Notes: generated by a model not told the origin, from the sequence alone. DNA of 64,000 nt from Vulcanimicrobiota bacterium (GCA_963812135.1 CAWETU010000001.1:2176001-2240000), one strand, 5' to 3'; shown: positions 1-10,256, numbered from the stretch's first letter. Numbers and translations are program-made.

Positions 1-918
1 CTTCGCGTACGCTTGCCACGCGTCTGCCGTGGCGGCGAAGTAGCCGTCGCCGGTGAGCGCCGCAGTCACGCGCAGCTGCGCGATGTGGAACGCGTGATAC
101 TTCAAGACCGCCACGCTGCGAAAGCCGGAGCGCGTGCCCAAAAGGCTGTAGTACGACCAGTAGCCCGCATCGTACAGCCCGAGCCGCCGGCGCAAGGTCT
201 GCGTGGCCTCGAAGGCCAGCTCTTCCAGCCACGGCTGCGGCATCGCGCGCTGGAGCTCGAGCAATCCCCACAACGCGAACATGTGCCCGTTCAAGATGTG
301 GCTCGCCGGCAGTGCGGCGACCTCTTCCAAGAACACGTCGCGGGCGGAGCGATAGACGACGCCGCCGTTCTCGATGCTGTGACGGAACGGCTGCGCGGCG
401 CGCACCGCCGCGTGCAGATGCGCGGCCGATCCTTCGACCGCGGCAGCGCGCAACAGCAGCGAGATCGCCTCGCCCTGCGCCATCGCGGACAGCCAGCCGC
501 TGCTGACGCCGTAGCGCGGGTTTGGAAATTCGTATGCGTAGCAGCCCTCTACCCCATCACGCGTGCGGGCGTGTGCGACAAGCCAATCTGCCTGGGCCAG
601 GAATGCGCGGCGCGCGGCGGCATCGCCCGTCTCGCAAAAGCGCGCGTGCGAATGCAAGCCGTACTGAGCGATGCGGACCGGATGATAGAGCTGCACGCCC
701 GGCGTCAGGATGACGCCCGCCGCATCTTTGGGCGCGCGCTCCCAATCTTCGCCGTACGGACCGCCTCCGGGGCGCCACTCGATGTAGTACGGGCCGGCAT
801 CAGCCGCGGGCATGCGATACGGCCGCTCGACGGTCCAGTCGATTGGAAACGCCAGCGCGAGCGAACGCAGGTAGTCTCTTGGAAGCACGCGCTCGAGCGT
901 GGGAGCGTCCTTGGGCAT
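1..918 (-). CDS. D-glucuronyl C5-epimerase C-terminal-domain family protein (3' end runs off the window)
   Basis: Not in ORF track; read by hand from ATG at 918: MPKDAPTLERVL...YHPVRIAQYGL...FLAQADWLV...WLSAMAQGEAISLLLRA...FLEEVAALPASHILNGHMFALWGLLEL...YDAGYWSYYSL...KYHAFHIAQL...ADAWQAYAK, matching the C5-epim_C family pattern. Confidence 0.85.
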   Translation of the reverse strand, partial: MPKDAPTLERVLPRDYLRSLALAFPIDWTVERPYRMPAADAGPYYIEWRPGGGPYGEDWERAPKDAAGVILTPGVQLYHPVRIAQYGLHSHARFCETGDAAARRAFLAQADWLVAHARTRDGVEGCYAYEFPNPRYGVSSGWLSAMAQGEAISLLLRAAAVEGSAAHLHAAVRAAQPFRHSIENGGVVYRSARDVFLEEVAALPASHILNGHMFALWGLLELQRAMPQPWLEELAFEATQTLRRRLGLYDAGYWSYYSLLGTRSGFRSVAVLKYHAFHIAQLRVTAALTGDGYFAATADAWQAYAK

Positions 919-1025
919 GGCAACGTCGGGATTACCCGCGCGGCTCGCCAGCCCTTGAGACTAATGGTCCCATTGCACGGACGGACGCTCCTACGCAGCC
1001 GCCCGGCCGCCGCGCTAGGATGGGC

Positions 1026-2486
1026 ATGATGGGCAAGTTCTGGCTCGCCGCGGTGGCGTTGGCGATCCTCGTGGCGTTGTGCGTCCTGCTGCTCTTCAGC
1101 GGGTGGAAGTTCGGCCCGCTCGTGGCTGGGATCGTCGCCGTCTTGCCGGTGCTCGGCTACTACTCGTTGACGCGGCCGCTGGTGGTGCCGTACGCCGTGT
1201 ATGTCCTTTTGCTGCCGTTCGACAACGTGCTCGCGATCTCGTCAGGCGCGACGCTGACCAAATTCATCGGGATCTTCGCCACCGGCGCGATCTTGCTGTG
1301 GGCGTTCGGCCGACGCAAGTTCGTGATGCCGTCAGGCACGTTGTGGCTGGGCGCCCTGCTCATGATCTGGCTCGCGATGAGCATGCTGTGGGCGCTCGAC
1401 CAGAAAGCGTCGTTCAACATCGCGCCGACGTACGTCGGCTTGTTCTTGCTCTACATCGTGCTGTCGATCACCCCCGTCAGCCGCGCCGATTTCATCGCGA
1501 TCCTCGTCGCGATGGTCGCGGGCTCGCTCATCGCGTCGGCGTACGGCGTCGCGGTCTTCCACGGCCAGTCGGTGGCCGATGCGCGCGCGCTCGCGGACAA
1601 CTTCGGGCGCCTGAGCGTACAGATCGGCGACAACACGATCGACCCCAACGCCTATTCCGACGCCATCTTGCTGCCGTTCTGCCTCCTCTTGATGGTCGGC
1701 TTGCGCTCCCCGAACGTCGCGGTCAAGTTCGGCTCGGTCGCCGGGCTCGCCGTCATGCTCGGCGCCATCTACGTCAGCGCTTCGCGCGGCGCCATCTTGG
1801 CCATCGGCGCCGCGGTGGCGTACCTGATCATCCGCTCGCGCTACCGGCTGCAGATCTTGGCCGTGGCGGTCATCCCCGCGGTCTTGGCATTCGCCGGGTC
1901 GAGCTTCATGATGGACCGCTTCGCCGACGCGGAACACACCGGCGCGGCCGGACGCTTCGGCATCTGGAAGGTCGGGATGGAGGCGTTCAAGCAGCACTGG
2001 TTGCTGGGCGCGGGGATCGGCAACTACCGGGCGGTCTACAATTCTGTCTTCATCCAAGTGTATCAAGCGTACTCGGGCGGTTGGGATCGGGTCGCGCATA
2101 ATCTGCTCGTCCAAGTGTCCGCGGAATTGGGCGTGATCGGTCTGGCCATCGTCTTGGCCTTCTGGTTCAGCAACATGTTCCTGTTGCGCCACATCGGACC
2201 GAAGAACGAGTGGTTCGATTTCCGGCTCGCGCTGGAAGCCGCGGTGATCGGATTGTTCGTCGCTGCGCTGTCGATCGACCTCATCTGGTCGAAGTACACG
2301 TGGCTGCTGTTCGGCACGATGGCGCAACTGCGCACGCTGACGTTGAGCGCGCGGGCGCCGATCCCGAAGCGCATGGCCGTCATGTCCGACATCGCCTGGG
2401 GCACGCGGCCGGCCCGGCCCGAGCTGCTGACGAAGCCGAGGACGTGGAGGGCGCCCAAACGCGTGCGCAAACCCACATGCGCGTGA
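1026..2486 (+). CDS. O-antigen ligase / Wzy-like polymerase family membrane protein
   Basis: Many TM segments; SASRG, GRFGIW, GAGIGNY and AHN motifs; start taken at ATG 1026 rather than 843. Confidence 0.85.
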   Translation: MMGKFWLAAVALAILVALCVLLLFSGWKFGPLVAGIVAVLPVLGYYSLTRPLVVPYAVYVLLLPFDNVLAISSGATLTKFIGIFATGAILLWAFGRRKFVMPSGTLWLGALLMIWLAMSMLWALDQKASFNIAPTYVGLFLLYIVLSITPVSRADFIAILVAMVAGSLIASAYGVAVFHGQSVADARALADNFGRLSVQIGDNTIDPNAYSDAILLPFCLLLMVGLRSPNVAVKFGSVAGLAVMLGAIYVSASRGAILAIGAAVAYLIIRSRYRLQILAVAVIPAVLAFAGSSFMMDRFADAEHTGAAGRFGIWKVGMEAFKQHWLLGAGIGNYRAVYNSVFIQVYQAYSGGWDRVAHNLLVQVSAELGVIGLAIVLAFWFSNMFLLRHIGPKNEWFDFRLALEAAVIGLFVAALSIDLIWSKYTWLLFGTMAQLRTLTLSARAPIPKRMAVMSDIAWGTRPARPELLTKPRTWRAPKRVRKPTCA

Positions 2487-3581
2487 TGCACGTGATCGCC
2501 TCGCTTTCAGGCTACGGCGCGGAGCATTTCGTCGGCGGCCTGCTCCCGCAGCTCGCGGCCGGCGGCGACGACGTCGCCGCGCTCACCGTCTACCCGTCGA
2601 AACCGCCGGACGCGGAAGTCTGCGCCGGCATCCGCATCTTCGACGCCGCGCGTCGCGGCCGCGCGGATGCGTCGTTCTTCGCGCGCATGGTCAGAGCGAT
2701 GCGGCGCTTCCGGCCCGACATCGTCCACACGCACATGCACAACGGCAAGTATTGGGGCCGGCTCGCCGCGGTCGCCGCGGGCGTGCCGCATATCGTGCAC
2801 ACGGAACACGATCCCAACTTCCGCATGCACGGCTTCGAGCGCGCCGCCGCCGCCATCCTCATGCACCGCACCGAGCGCTTTATCGCATTCTCCGCAGGCC
2901 ATCGCACTCGGCTTGCCAGCGCCGAAGGGATTCCATTCGGCAAGATCGCGGTGATCCCGAATGGCATCGCGTTCCGCCCGATGCCGCCCGACGCACGCGA
3001 GCGCGGCCGCCAGCTGCTCGGAACGCAGCCCGGCGAGCTCGCGATCGTGATGGTCGGCAGGCTCGAGTCCCAAAAGAACCACGAGCTTGCGTTGCGCGCA
3101 TTCGCGTGTCTTCCCGAATCCCTCCGCAAGCGTCGCGCGCTTGCACATCATCGGCGCAGGTTCGCGCGATGCGACATTGCGCGCGCTCGCGACGCAGCTC
3201 GAGATCGATCCCGCCGTCACCTTCTTGGGATTCCGCCGCGACTCGCTCGACTTGATCGCCGGCGGCGACGCCATGCTCATGACCTCGCACAGCGAAGCGA
3301 TGCCCATCGCGCTCATCGAGGGCATGAGCGTGGCGCTGCCGGTGGTATCGGCGCCATGGCTCGGCGCCGCCGAGATGCTCGACAGCGGCGACCTCGGGTA
3401 CGTCGCGTCGTCATTCGCGCCCGAGGACGTCGCCTTCAAGCTGGCCCGTGCGCTGTCAGAACCGCAGGAGGCGCATGCCAAGGCCGCGGCAGCGCGCGCG
3501 AAAGCACTCGCCGAGTACGACCTACGCACGGCGGTCGCGCGGCATCACGAGCTGTACCGCACGCTCGTCGGAGCGTCATGA
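2477..3581 (+). CDS. GT4 glycosyltransferase (one +1 frameshift near 3128, probably sequencing error)
   Basis: GYGAE N-terminus, HTEH, VIPNGI, VGRLESQKN in one frame; LHIIGAG...SHSEAMPIALIEGM in the next; removing one A of ctccgcAAgcgtc restores one ORF. Confidence 0.85.
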
Positions 3582-4819
3582 CGCGCCTTGGCATCGTGAC
3601 GTCGGGTTTTCCCTACACGTCCAAAGAGACGTTCCTCGCGCCCGAGCTGCACGAGCTGTCGTCAGCGGCCGACGTCTTCGTGTATCCGGTGACGCCGAAA
3701 ACCGGTCGAATGAATTCGACCGCTACAAGTACGCCCGTGTTTATGCCGCTGATCGGCGCACGCGTCATCGCTGAGGCCGCGCGCGAGTGCGTCGAACGCC
3801 CTGCGCGCGTCGCGCGCGCGTTCCGAGCCGTCGCGCTCGCGGGTTCGTCGTGGAGCGTGCGCTTCAAGAACGCCGCGGTTTTCGCCAAAGCGCTGGCGGT
3901 GGCACGCGACATGCGCCGGCGGCGAATCCAACACGTGCACGCCTACTGGGCGTCGACGCCCGCCACGGTCGCTTATGCGATCGCGATGCTCAACGACATC
4001 CCGTGGAGCTTCACCGCGCATCGCTGGGATATCTACGAGAACAACCTGCTCGCCGACAAGGTGCGGCACGCCGTCTTCGTCAGAGCGATCTCGGAGCGCG
4101 CCCGCGCGACCGTGCTCGAACGCGTGGATCGCGCGTACGCGCACAAAGTGACCGCGCTGCATCTCGGCGTCGCGCGAGCCTGCGCAACAGACGGCGTCGA
4201 ATGCGTTCGCCCGTTCACCATGCTGTGCGCCGCCAACCTCGAGCCGGTCAAGGGACACACGACGCTCATCGAAGCGCTGCGCTTGCTCGCGATGCGCGGC
4301 GTCCAAGTGCGCTGCGTGCTCGCCGGCGACGGTTCGTTGCGTGGCGATCTCATGGCCGCGGTGCGCGCCGCGGGGCTCTCCGACCGCGTGACGTTCGCCG
4401 GCGCAGTGCCGCACGACGCGCTGCTGCGCGATATCGCGAGCGGCACCTACGATGCAGCCGTGCTCGCGAGCATCGAAACGCGCGACGGGCTGCACGAAGG
4501 CATCCCCGCGTTTCTCACGGAGGCGATGGCCGCCGGCGTGCCTTGCATCGCCACGCGAACCGGCAGCATCGGCGAGCTCATCGACGCTCGCTGCGGCGTG
4601 CTCGTCGAGCAGCGCGATCCGCAAGCGCTGGCCGATGCGATCGAGAAACTCATGAACGACGGCGAGACGCGCCGCGCGCTTGGCCGCGCAGCGCGGGCAC
4701 GCGTCGCGCGCGATTTCGCCGCCGAAACGCTCGCGCGGCGGCTACTGGCTCAGATCCAAGTGCAAGACAGCGCGGCGATGCGCCGCGAGATCGCGGAGCT
4801 CACCTCGGCACGATCGTAG
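3578..4819 (+). CDS. GT4 glycosyltransferase (WcaL-like)
   Basis: FPYTSKETF, HVHAYWA, FTAHRWDIY, EGIPAFLTEAMAAG; ATGA overlap with previous gene. Confidence 0.85.
   Translation: MTRLGIVTSGFPYTSKETFLAPELHELSSAADVFVYPVTPKTGRMNSTATSTPVFMPLIGARVIAEAARECVERPARVARAFRAVALAGSSWSVRFKNAAVFAKALAVARDMRRRRIQHVHAYWASTPATVAYAIAMLNDIPWSFTAHRWDIYENNLLADKVRHAVFVRAISERARATVLERVDRAYAHKVTALHLGVARACATDGVECVRPFTMLCAANLEPVKGHTTLIEALRLLAMRGVQVRCVLAGDGSLRGDLMAAVRAAGLSDRVTFAGAVPHDALLRDIASGTYDAAVLASIETRDGLHEGIPAFLTEAMAAGVPCIATRTGSIGELIDARCGVLVEQRDPQALADAIEKLMNDGETRRALGRAARARVARDFAAETLARRLLAQIQVQDSAAMRREIAELTSARS
3703..3727. repeat. GTAG-type REP-like palindrome, copy 1 (in-frame in GT4)
   Basis: CGGTCGAATGAATTCGACCGCTACA; encodes GRMNSTAT. 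Confidence 0.85.
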
Positions 4820-5982
4820 TGCTGGGTGACGTAGGCGAGGCCGCTGCGTCCGAATCGGCGGCGCTGCTCGCCGTCGGCGGCAAGCGTGCCGATCGCGCCG
4901 GCCAACGCGGAACCATCTTCAGGCGGCACCGCTAACCCGCCGCCCGACCGCTCGACGAAATCTCGCGCCTCTCCATCGGCGCACACGATCACCGGCGTGC
5001 CCAACGAGAGCGAATCGAACAGCTTGGTCGGCAGGCTGTCGACGATCCCGCGCTTGAGCGGCACGACGCACACATCGGCATCGCGCATGATCGCGGCAGC
5101 GATGTCGCGCGGCTGCGGTCCGAGCAGCTCCACGTTGTCGAGCCGTTCGCCCTCGACGCGGCGCGCAACCGAACCGCCCTCGGCGCCGCCGCCGACCAGC
5201 ACGAAACGATACTTGTGTTCGGCGCGCAGCTGATGCGCTGCGTCGAGCAGCACTTCGATGCCGGTGGCGACGCCCATATTGCCGGCGTAGGCGATGATGA
5301 ACTCGCCGTCTCCCCGCAAGATCGGCGTCGCCAACGCCGGTTCGAAGCGGTCGAATCCGTTGGGCGCGGTCACGACTTTCTCGGGGGCCACGCCGCGCGC
5401 GAGTATTTCACGCCTGCACGTGTCCGTCACGGTGAGGATGAGGCTTGCGCGGCGGTAGAGCGCGTCGGCCAGCGCGCCGACCATGCGCGCGACGGCGCTG
5501 TTCTTTTTCCAGATCCCCATCTTGATCGCCACATCGGGATAGACGTCGCGCACGTCGACGACGAGTCGCGCACGCCAGCGAGCGGCGGCGGCGAGCGCCG
5601 CGAGCCCGAGCGTGATCGGCGGTGTCGACACGAACACGACGTCGACCGGGTCGCGCCTGAGCGCGATGTGCGCGATGGCGCCGGCCGCGACCGAAAGCCA
5701 GTTCAACAGACGGTCGATCGCGCGCAGCCGCGGCGATGCATATGTCCAGACGCGCCGTACGGCGACGGCGTGGTCGCGCTGCTCCGATCGGTCGCGTTCT
5801 TGATAACCCGCGCCGACGACGCCGTCGGGAAACGATGGCTTGCCGGTCACGACGGTGACGTCGTCGCCTCCCGCAGCAAGCGCGCGCGCAGTGGCGCTCG
5901 CGCGGTGGCTCGCGGCGCCGGCCTCGGGCGGGTAGAACTGGGTGATGAGGACGATGCGACGACGCGCGGTCCGCTCTGCCAT
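4750..5982 (-). CDS. GT4 glycosyltransferase (WbuB-like)
   Basis: TQFYPPE, STPP, DVRDVYPD, YAGNMG, PTKLFD motifs; 3' end overlaps the convergent GT by about 70 bp. Confidence 0.88.
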   Translation of the reverse strand: MAERTARRRIVLITQFYPPEAGAASHRASATARALAAGGDDVTVVTGKPSFPDGVVGAGYQERDRSEQRDHAVAVRRVWTYASPRLRAIDRLLNWLSVAAGAIAHIALRRDPVDVVFVSTPPITLGLAALAAAARWRARLVVDVRDVYPDVAIKMGIWKKNSAVARMVGALADALYRRASLILTVTDTCRREILARGVAPEKVVTAPNGFDRFEPALATPILRGDGEFIIAYAGNMGVATGIEVLLDAAHQLRAEHKYRFVLVGGGAEGGSVARRVEGERLDNVELLGPQPRDIAAAIMRDADVCVVPLKRGIVDSLPTKLFDSLSLGTPVIVCADGEARDFVERSGGGLAVPPEDGSALAGAIGTLAADGEQRRRFGRSGLAYVTQHYDRAEVSSAISRRIAALSCTWI

Positions 5983-6042
5983 GACCCATGGGACTTGGGC
6001 AAGGCGCGTCGCGGGTTCCTGGAGACGTAGTACCTAGTGGCG

Positions 6043-7101
6043 CTAGTGCCCAGGCACCCGTTGGACGGCGGGCAAGGACAAGACCTCGAAGTCGCTGAGG
6101 TGCAGGTTGCCGAACGCGCTCAGGTCGCCACCGTTCCAGTGGTTCAGACCGTCTTGCGACTCGATGCCGTACAGCGCGTTGGAGCTGCCCGTGTCCGACA
6201 AGAACATGCCGTACGTTTTCAGCGCTGTTGTGATCGCTTTGGCTTGCGGTCCGAACGACGAGTCGTTGAACGACGCTTTGAGCCGGAGGTGCGCGCCATA
6301 CGGCAGCTGGTAGCTCACGTTGCCGCCGCTGAACGAGAGCCCGTCGGTGTCGCTAGCAGGCCGCACGAAGCTCCACTGCGCGAACGCATGAGCCGTGCCG
6401 CCCCAGTTGAGCGCGTGCTTGATGACGCCGCTCTGCAGCTCTTCCGATTTCACCGCGCCGGCGAACAACGACAGACCTGAGGCCATGCTGCTCGGCCAAC
6501 CGGCGGGCAGCGAGACGAACGGCTGCGTCAGATCCCACGACCAACCGCTGTATGCCGAGAACACGCCCGTCCAAGTCGCGCCGTAGGCCTCGAATAACCG
6601 GCAGTTGGGCGGGCTCACGACGAACACGATCGCGTGCTTATCCGAAAGCGGCTCGATCTTGAACGAAGGCATCCACGGAAACGGCGGATTTGCATTCCAC
6701 TCGTTCTGGTGAAACGCGACCAACGCGTGAACGGTGTTCGTAGGCGTCGAGGGCGTCGCGAGATTGGCGTACTCGACCCCGGTGCTCAGGTAGAACCCGC
6801 CCGAGTCCGCGGCGGCGGCCGACGCGATGTAGTTCGCCGAGTTCGCATCCACCGCGGCAGTCGCGATCGATTGGTTGTACCAATCGCCGGGCGTGAAGAC
6901 GTTGCAGCCTTGGTATACGGCAGCGCCGCTTGGACCACTCGTGGGGGAACTCGTTGGACCGCTGGTCGGGGAAGAGGAGGACGGTGGCTGGCCCGGGGGC
7001 GCCGCTGCGATCGGCATCCCAGGGGATGACGACCCGCCGCAGCCGCTGACGCAGACCAGCGCGGTCAGGAGCAAAAACAAAAACACGCCAAAAGCCTTCA
7101 C
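6043..7101 (-). CDS. Putative lipoprotein of unknown function, paralog B
   Basis: Signal ending CVSGC, Pro/Ser linker, domain YQGC.VFT.GD.YN...IKHAL...[11 protein letters not shown]...[13 protein letters not shown]. Confidence 0.75.
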   Translation of the reverse strand: MKAFGVFLFLLLTALVCVSGCGGSSSPGMPIAAAPPGQPPSSSSPTSGPTSSPTSGPSGAAVYQGCNVFTPGDWYNQSIATAAVDANSANYIASAAAADSGGFYLSTGVEYANLATPSTPTNTVHALVAFHQNEWNANPPFPWMPSFKIEPLSDKHAIVFVVSPPNCRLFEAYGATWTGVFSAYSGWSWDLTQPFVSLPAGWPSSMASGLSLFAGAVKSEELQSGVIKHALNWGGTAHAFAQWSFVRPASDTDGLSFSGGNVSYQLPYGAHLRLKASFNDSSFGPQAKAITTALKTYGMFLSDTGSSNALYGIESQDGLNHWNGGDLSAFGNLHLSDFEVLSLPAVQRVPGH

Positions 7102-7252
7102 GACCGCTCACCTGTCGCCTTTGCAAAGCTTAGCTCGTAGGAAACCCGCTAGCGTATACCCAGTTCTCTGGGTCCTAATCCTCAATAAGAAGACTTTTTT
7201 CCCAATTCCTGCCGCAGGATGCGCTTAGGCAGGGCGGCCCTGTCGTTGGGTC

Positions 7253-8557
7253 TTAATGCCCAGGCACGCGCTGCACGGCAGGCAAGGTCAAGACCTCGAA
7301 GTCGGTGAGGTGCAGGTTGGCAAGCGCGCTCAGGTCGCCCCCGTTCCAGTGGTTCAGCCCGTCTTGCGACTCGATGCCGTACAGCGCGTTGGAGCTGCCC
7401 GTATCCGCCAAGAACATGCCGTAGGTCTTGAGCGCGGTCGTGATCGCTTTGGCTTGCGGTCCGAACGACGAGTCGTTGAACGACGCTTTGAGCCGCAAAT
7501 GCGCCCCATACGGCAGCTCGTAACTCGGGTTGCCGCCGCTAAACAAGAGCCCATCGGTGTCGCTGGCAGGCCGCACGAAGCTCCACTGCGCGAACGCGTG
7601 GGCCGTGCCGCCCCAGTTGAGGGCGTGCTTGATGACGCCGCTTTGCAGCTCTTCCGACTTCACCGCGCCGGCGAACAACGACAGACCCGAAGCCATGCTG
7701 CTCGGCCACCCGGCTGGCAGCGAATAAAACGGCTGCGTCAGATCCCACGACCAGCCGCTATACGCCGACAAGATGCCGGTCCAGCTCGTGCCGTATGCCT
7801 CGAACACGCGGCACGTCGGCGGGCTCACCACGAACACCATCGCGTGCTTGTCAGAGAGCTGCTCGATCTTATACGGAGGCATCCACGGATACGGCGGATT
7901 GGCGTCCCACTCGTTTTGATGATACGACACCGTCGCGTGCACCGTGTACGTCGGCGTCAGCGCGGTCGCCAGGTTCGCGTACTCGTAGCCGGTGCTCAGG
8001 TAGAATCCGCTCGAGTCAACTGCGGCCGAGGAAGCGATAAAGTTCGCTGAGTTCGGATCCACCGCGAAGCCGGCGACCGGCTGATTGTAATAATCGCCGG
8101 CGGTGAACACCGTGCAGCCCTGATAGGTGGCCACGTTGCCCGGCGGGGGCGTGGCTGTCGGAGCAGGCGTGGGTGTCGCCGTCGGTTTCGGCGTCGGCGT
8201 CGGCGTGGGCGTGGGCGTCGCCGTCGGTTTGGGAGTGGGCGTCGGCGTGGGTGTAGGCGTCGCCGATGGTTTCGGAGTCGGCGTCGCGGTCGGCGCCGGT
8301 GTTGCCGTCGGAGCAGGCGTGGCGGTCGGCGCGGGCGTCGCGGTCGGCACGGGCGTTGCGGTCGGCGCGGGGGTCGCAGTCGGCTTCGGGGTCGGCGTCG
8401 GCGCTGGGGTCGCGGTGCCTTCCGGCGTGGGTGTCGGGTGGATGTTCTGCGGCGGCGCCTGGGCGGGAGACGGCATGACCGATGAACCCCCGCCGCAGCC
8501 CGCGATCAACAGCGCTGCGGTTAGGACCAATCCCGCGAGAATCCCAAGCTTTTTAAT
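7253..8557 (-). CDS. Putative lipoprotein of unknown function, paralog A, with long (PT/PTATPA)n linker
   Basis: LIAGC lipobox; same C-terminal domain as 6043..7101; probable ATT start at 8557, 6 nt after AGGAG. Confidence 0.75.
   Translation of the reverse strand: MKKLGILAGLVLTAALLIAGCGGGSSVMPSPAQAPPQNIHPTPTPEGTATPAPTPTPKPTATPAPTATPVPTATPAPTATPAPTATPAPTATPTPKPSATPTPTPTPTPKPTATPTPTPTPTPKPTATPTPAPTATPPPGNVATYQGCTVFTAGDYYNQPVAGFAVDPNSANFIASSAAVDSSGFYLSTGYEYANLATALTPTYTVHATVSYHQNEWDANPPYPWMPPYKIEQLSDKHAMVFVVSPPTCRVFEAYGTSWTGILSAYSGWSWDLTQPFYSLPAGWPSSMASGLSLFAGAVKSEELQSGVIKHALNWGGTAHAFAQWSFVRPASDTDGLLFSGGNPSYELPYGAHLRLKASFNDSSFGPQAKAITTALKTYGMFLADTGSSNALYGIESQDGLNHWNGGDLSALANLHLTDFEVLTLPAVQRVPGH
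8140..8440 (-). repeat. Coding low-complexity Pro/Thr/Ala tandem repeats
   Basis: PTATPA and PTPT units in translation. Confidence 0.8.
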
Positions 8558-8807
8558 GACCGTCTCCTGTGCCCGTGCGGAAGCGCAGACCCGGTCATAT
8601 AGCTTTCGGTTGCACACGCCTGAATTAGGCCCAACGACCTAGGTATGTGCCGTTAGTCACTCCCGAGGTGCGAGCTGTCTAACCATTTGGCGTGTTTTCT
8701 GGTGCGGCGACGAGCCTACGAGGCGTGGGCCTTCGGTCTCTTGCCGCGTCCTCGTGCTTAGCTTAGTGTTGAACTCAAGCGCTTACGTCGTTGAAAGCAC
8801 CCTTCGC

Positions 8808-10253
8808 ATGTCGTTAGTCCTCGAGCGCGCGCTGGAGCAGCCTGTCGAGCAAGTCAGGCCCATGCGCGTGCCATCACAGTACTCCCCCGCGTGGGCAGCG
8901 TTGCTGGTCGCCCTGGATCTGCTTGTCTTCGCCGGATCTGCGACGGCGGCCGCGTTCATCGTCTTCCATCGCGTCGACACGCTCTTCGTGCCGCGCGACG
9001 GCGTGTTCTGGGCCACCGCCGCGTTCATCGGCATCTGGGTGCTGATCTTCGTGCGGGTCGGGCTGTACCGCCGCTCGTTCGCGTTGTCCGTCAAAGACGA
9101 GTTCTATTTCATCGCCGCCGCGCTGAGCATGGGCGTCGTGCCGTCGCTCGCCTTCTTCACGCTGTGGCCAGCGGTGTCGACCTCGCGCCTGCACATCCTC
9201 ATCACGCTCGCGATCTCGTTGGTGGCTGTCTCGGGCGTTCGCACGGCGGCGCGCGCCGTGCGCAGTGTCGCCATCCGCCACCGGCCTCGCCGCGTCGCGA
9301 TCGTCGGTCGCGGATCGCGCATCGACACCGTCACGGAGTCGCTCAATCTCGTCGAAGGCTCGCAAGTGTTGCGCCTCGAGGTGGACGATCTCGACTCGAC
9401 GCTGTCGCCGGTCGACTTGAGCGTCGACCCCGATCTCGACGGCATCGCATGGTTCGAACACGCGAAAGCGTGGGGCGCCGAGTCGCTCATCCTGACCGAA
9501 GTGCTGCCGCCGGATCTCGTGCCGCATCTGCTCGAAGCGGCCAACCGCCATCACATCAAAGTGGCGTACGGTCCCCCGCGCGTGCGCTTCCACGCGTTCG
9601 ACCTCGCGCTCCAGCAAGACGGCCAGCAAGCGCTGATCGTGCCCTCGCAGCTGCGCGCATGCCAGCCGCGGTCGCGACTGGTCAAGCGCCTCATCGATTT
9701 CGGCATCGCGCTCGTCGGTCTCGCGCTCGTCTGGCCGTTCATGCTCGTGGCCGCGGTAGCGATCTACCTGGAGTCTGGCGGACCGATCCTCTACCGGCAG
9801 CGGCGCGTCGGGCGCAACGGCGTCGAGTTCGACCTGCTCAAGTTCCGCTCGATGCCCGTCAACGCCGAGGCCGAGTCCGGCCCGGTCTGGGCAACGCCTG
9901 CCGACGGCCGGGCGACGCGAGTCGGCGCGTTCTTGCGGCGCACGAGCATCGACGAGTTCCCGCAGTTCTTCAACGTGCTGCGCGGCGAGATGTCGATCGT
10001 CGGCCCGCGGCCAGAACGGCCCGCGTTCGTGTCGCTGTTCCGCCAGCATCTGTCGCGCTACGACGAACGCCATCTCGTGCGCCCCGGCATCACCGGTTGG
10101 GCGCAAGTGCACATGACGCGCGTGCTGGCACCTTCGTCAGCGGGTCAGAAACTTGCGTACGATCTGTTCTACGTCGAACACTGGGGGCTTGTCATGGATG
10201 GTTACGTCATCTTCAAAACCGCCGCCGAGTTCTTGTTCCACAGGGTCGCGTAG
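8808..10253 (+). CDS. Priming polyprenyl-phosphate sugar phosphotransferase (WcaJ/WbaP family)
   Basis: N-terminal TMs; KRLIDF, KFRSM, DEFPQFFNVLRGEMSIVGPRPERP, PGITGWAQV, DLFYVEHW. Confidence 0.92.
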   Translation: MSLVLERALEQPVEQVRPMRVPSQYSPAWAALLVALDLLVFAGSATAAAFIVFHRVDTLFVPRDGVFWATAAFIGIWVLIFVRVGLYRRSFALSVKDEFYFIAAALSMGVVPSLAFFTLWPAVSTSRLHILITLAISLVAVSGVRTAARAVRSVAIRHRPRRVAIVGRGSRIDTVTESLNLVEGSQVLRLEVDDLDSTLSPVDLSVDPDLDGIAWFEHAKAWGAESLILTEVLPPDLVPHLLEAANRHHIKVAYGPPRVRFHAFDLALQQDGQQALIVPSQLRACQPRSRLVKRLIDFGIALVGLALVWPFMLVAAVAIYLESGGPILYRQRRVGRNGVEFDLLKFRSMPVNAEAESGPVWATPADGRATRVGAFLRRTSIDEFPQFFNVLRGEMSIVGPRPERPAFVSLFRQHLSRYDERHLVRPGITGWAQVHMTRVLAPSSAGQKLAYDLFYVEHWGLVMDGYVIFKTAAEFLFHRVA

Positions 10254-10256
10254 CCG

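Noticed and set aside
13..1029. 338-aa plus-strand ORF
   Set aside because: Antisense shadow of the C5-epimerase-like gene; no motifs
2210..4819. 869-aa double glycosyltransferase fusion
   Set aside because: Artefact of the +1 shift at ~3128; the corrected first GT stops at 3581, overlapping ATG 3578
7102..7252. Riboswitch/ncRNA in the AT-richer gap between the lipoprotein paralogs
   Set aside because: Only short hairpins; no recognisable family consensus
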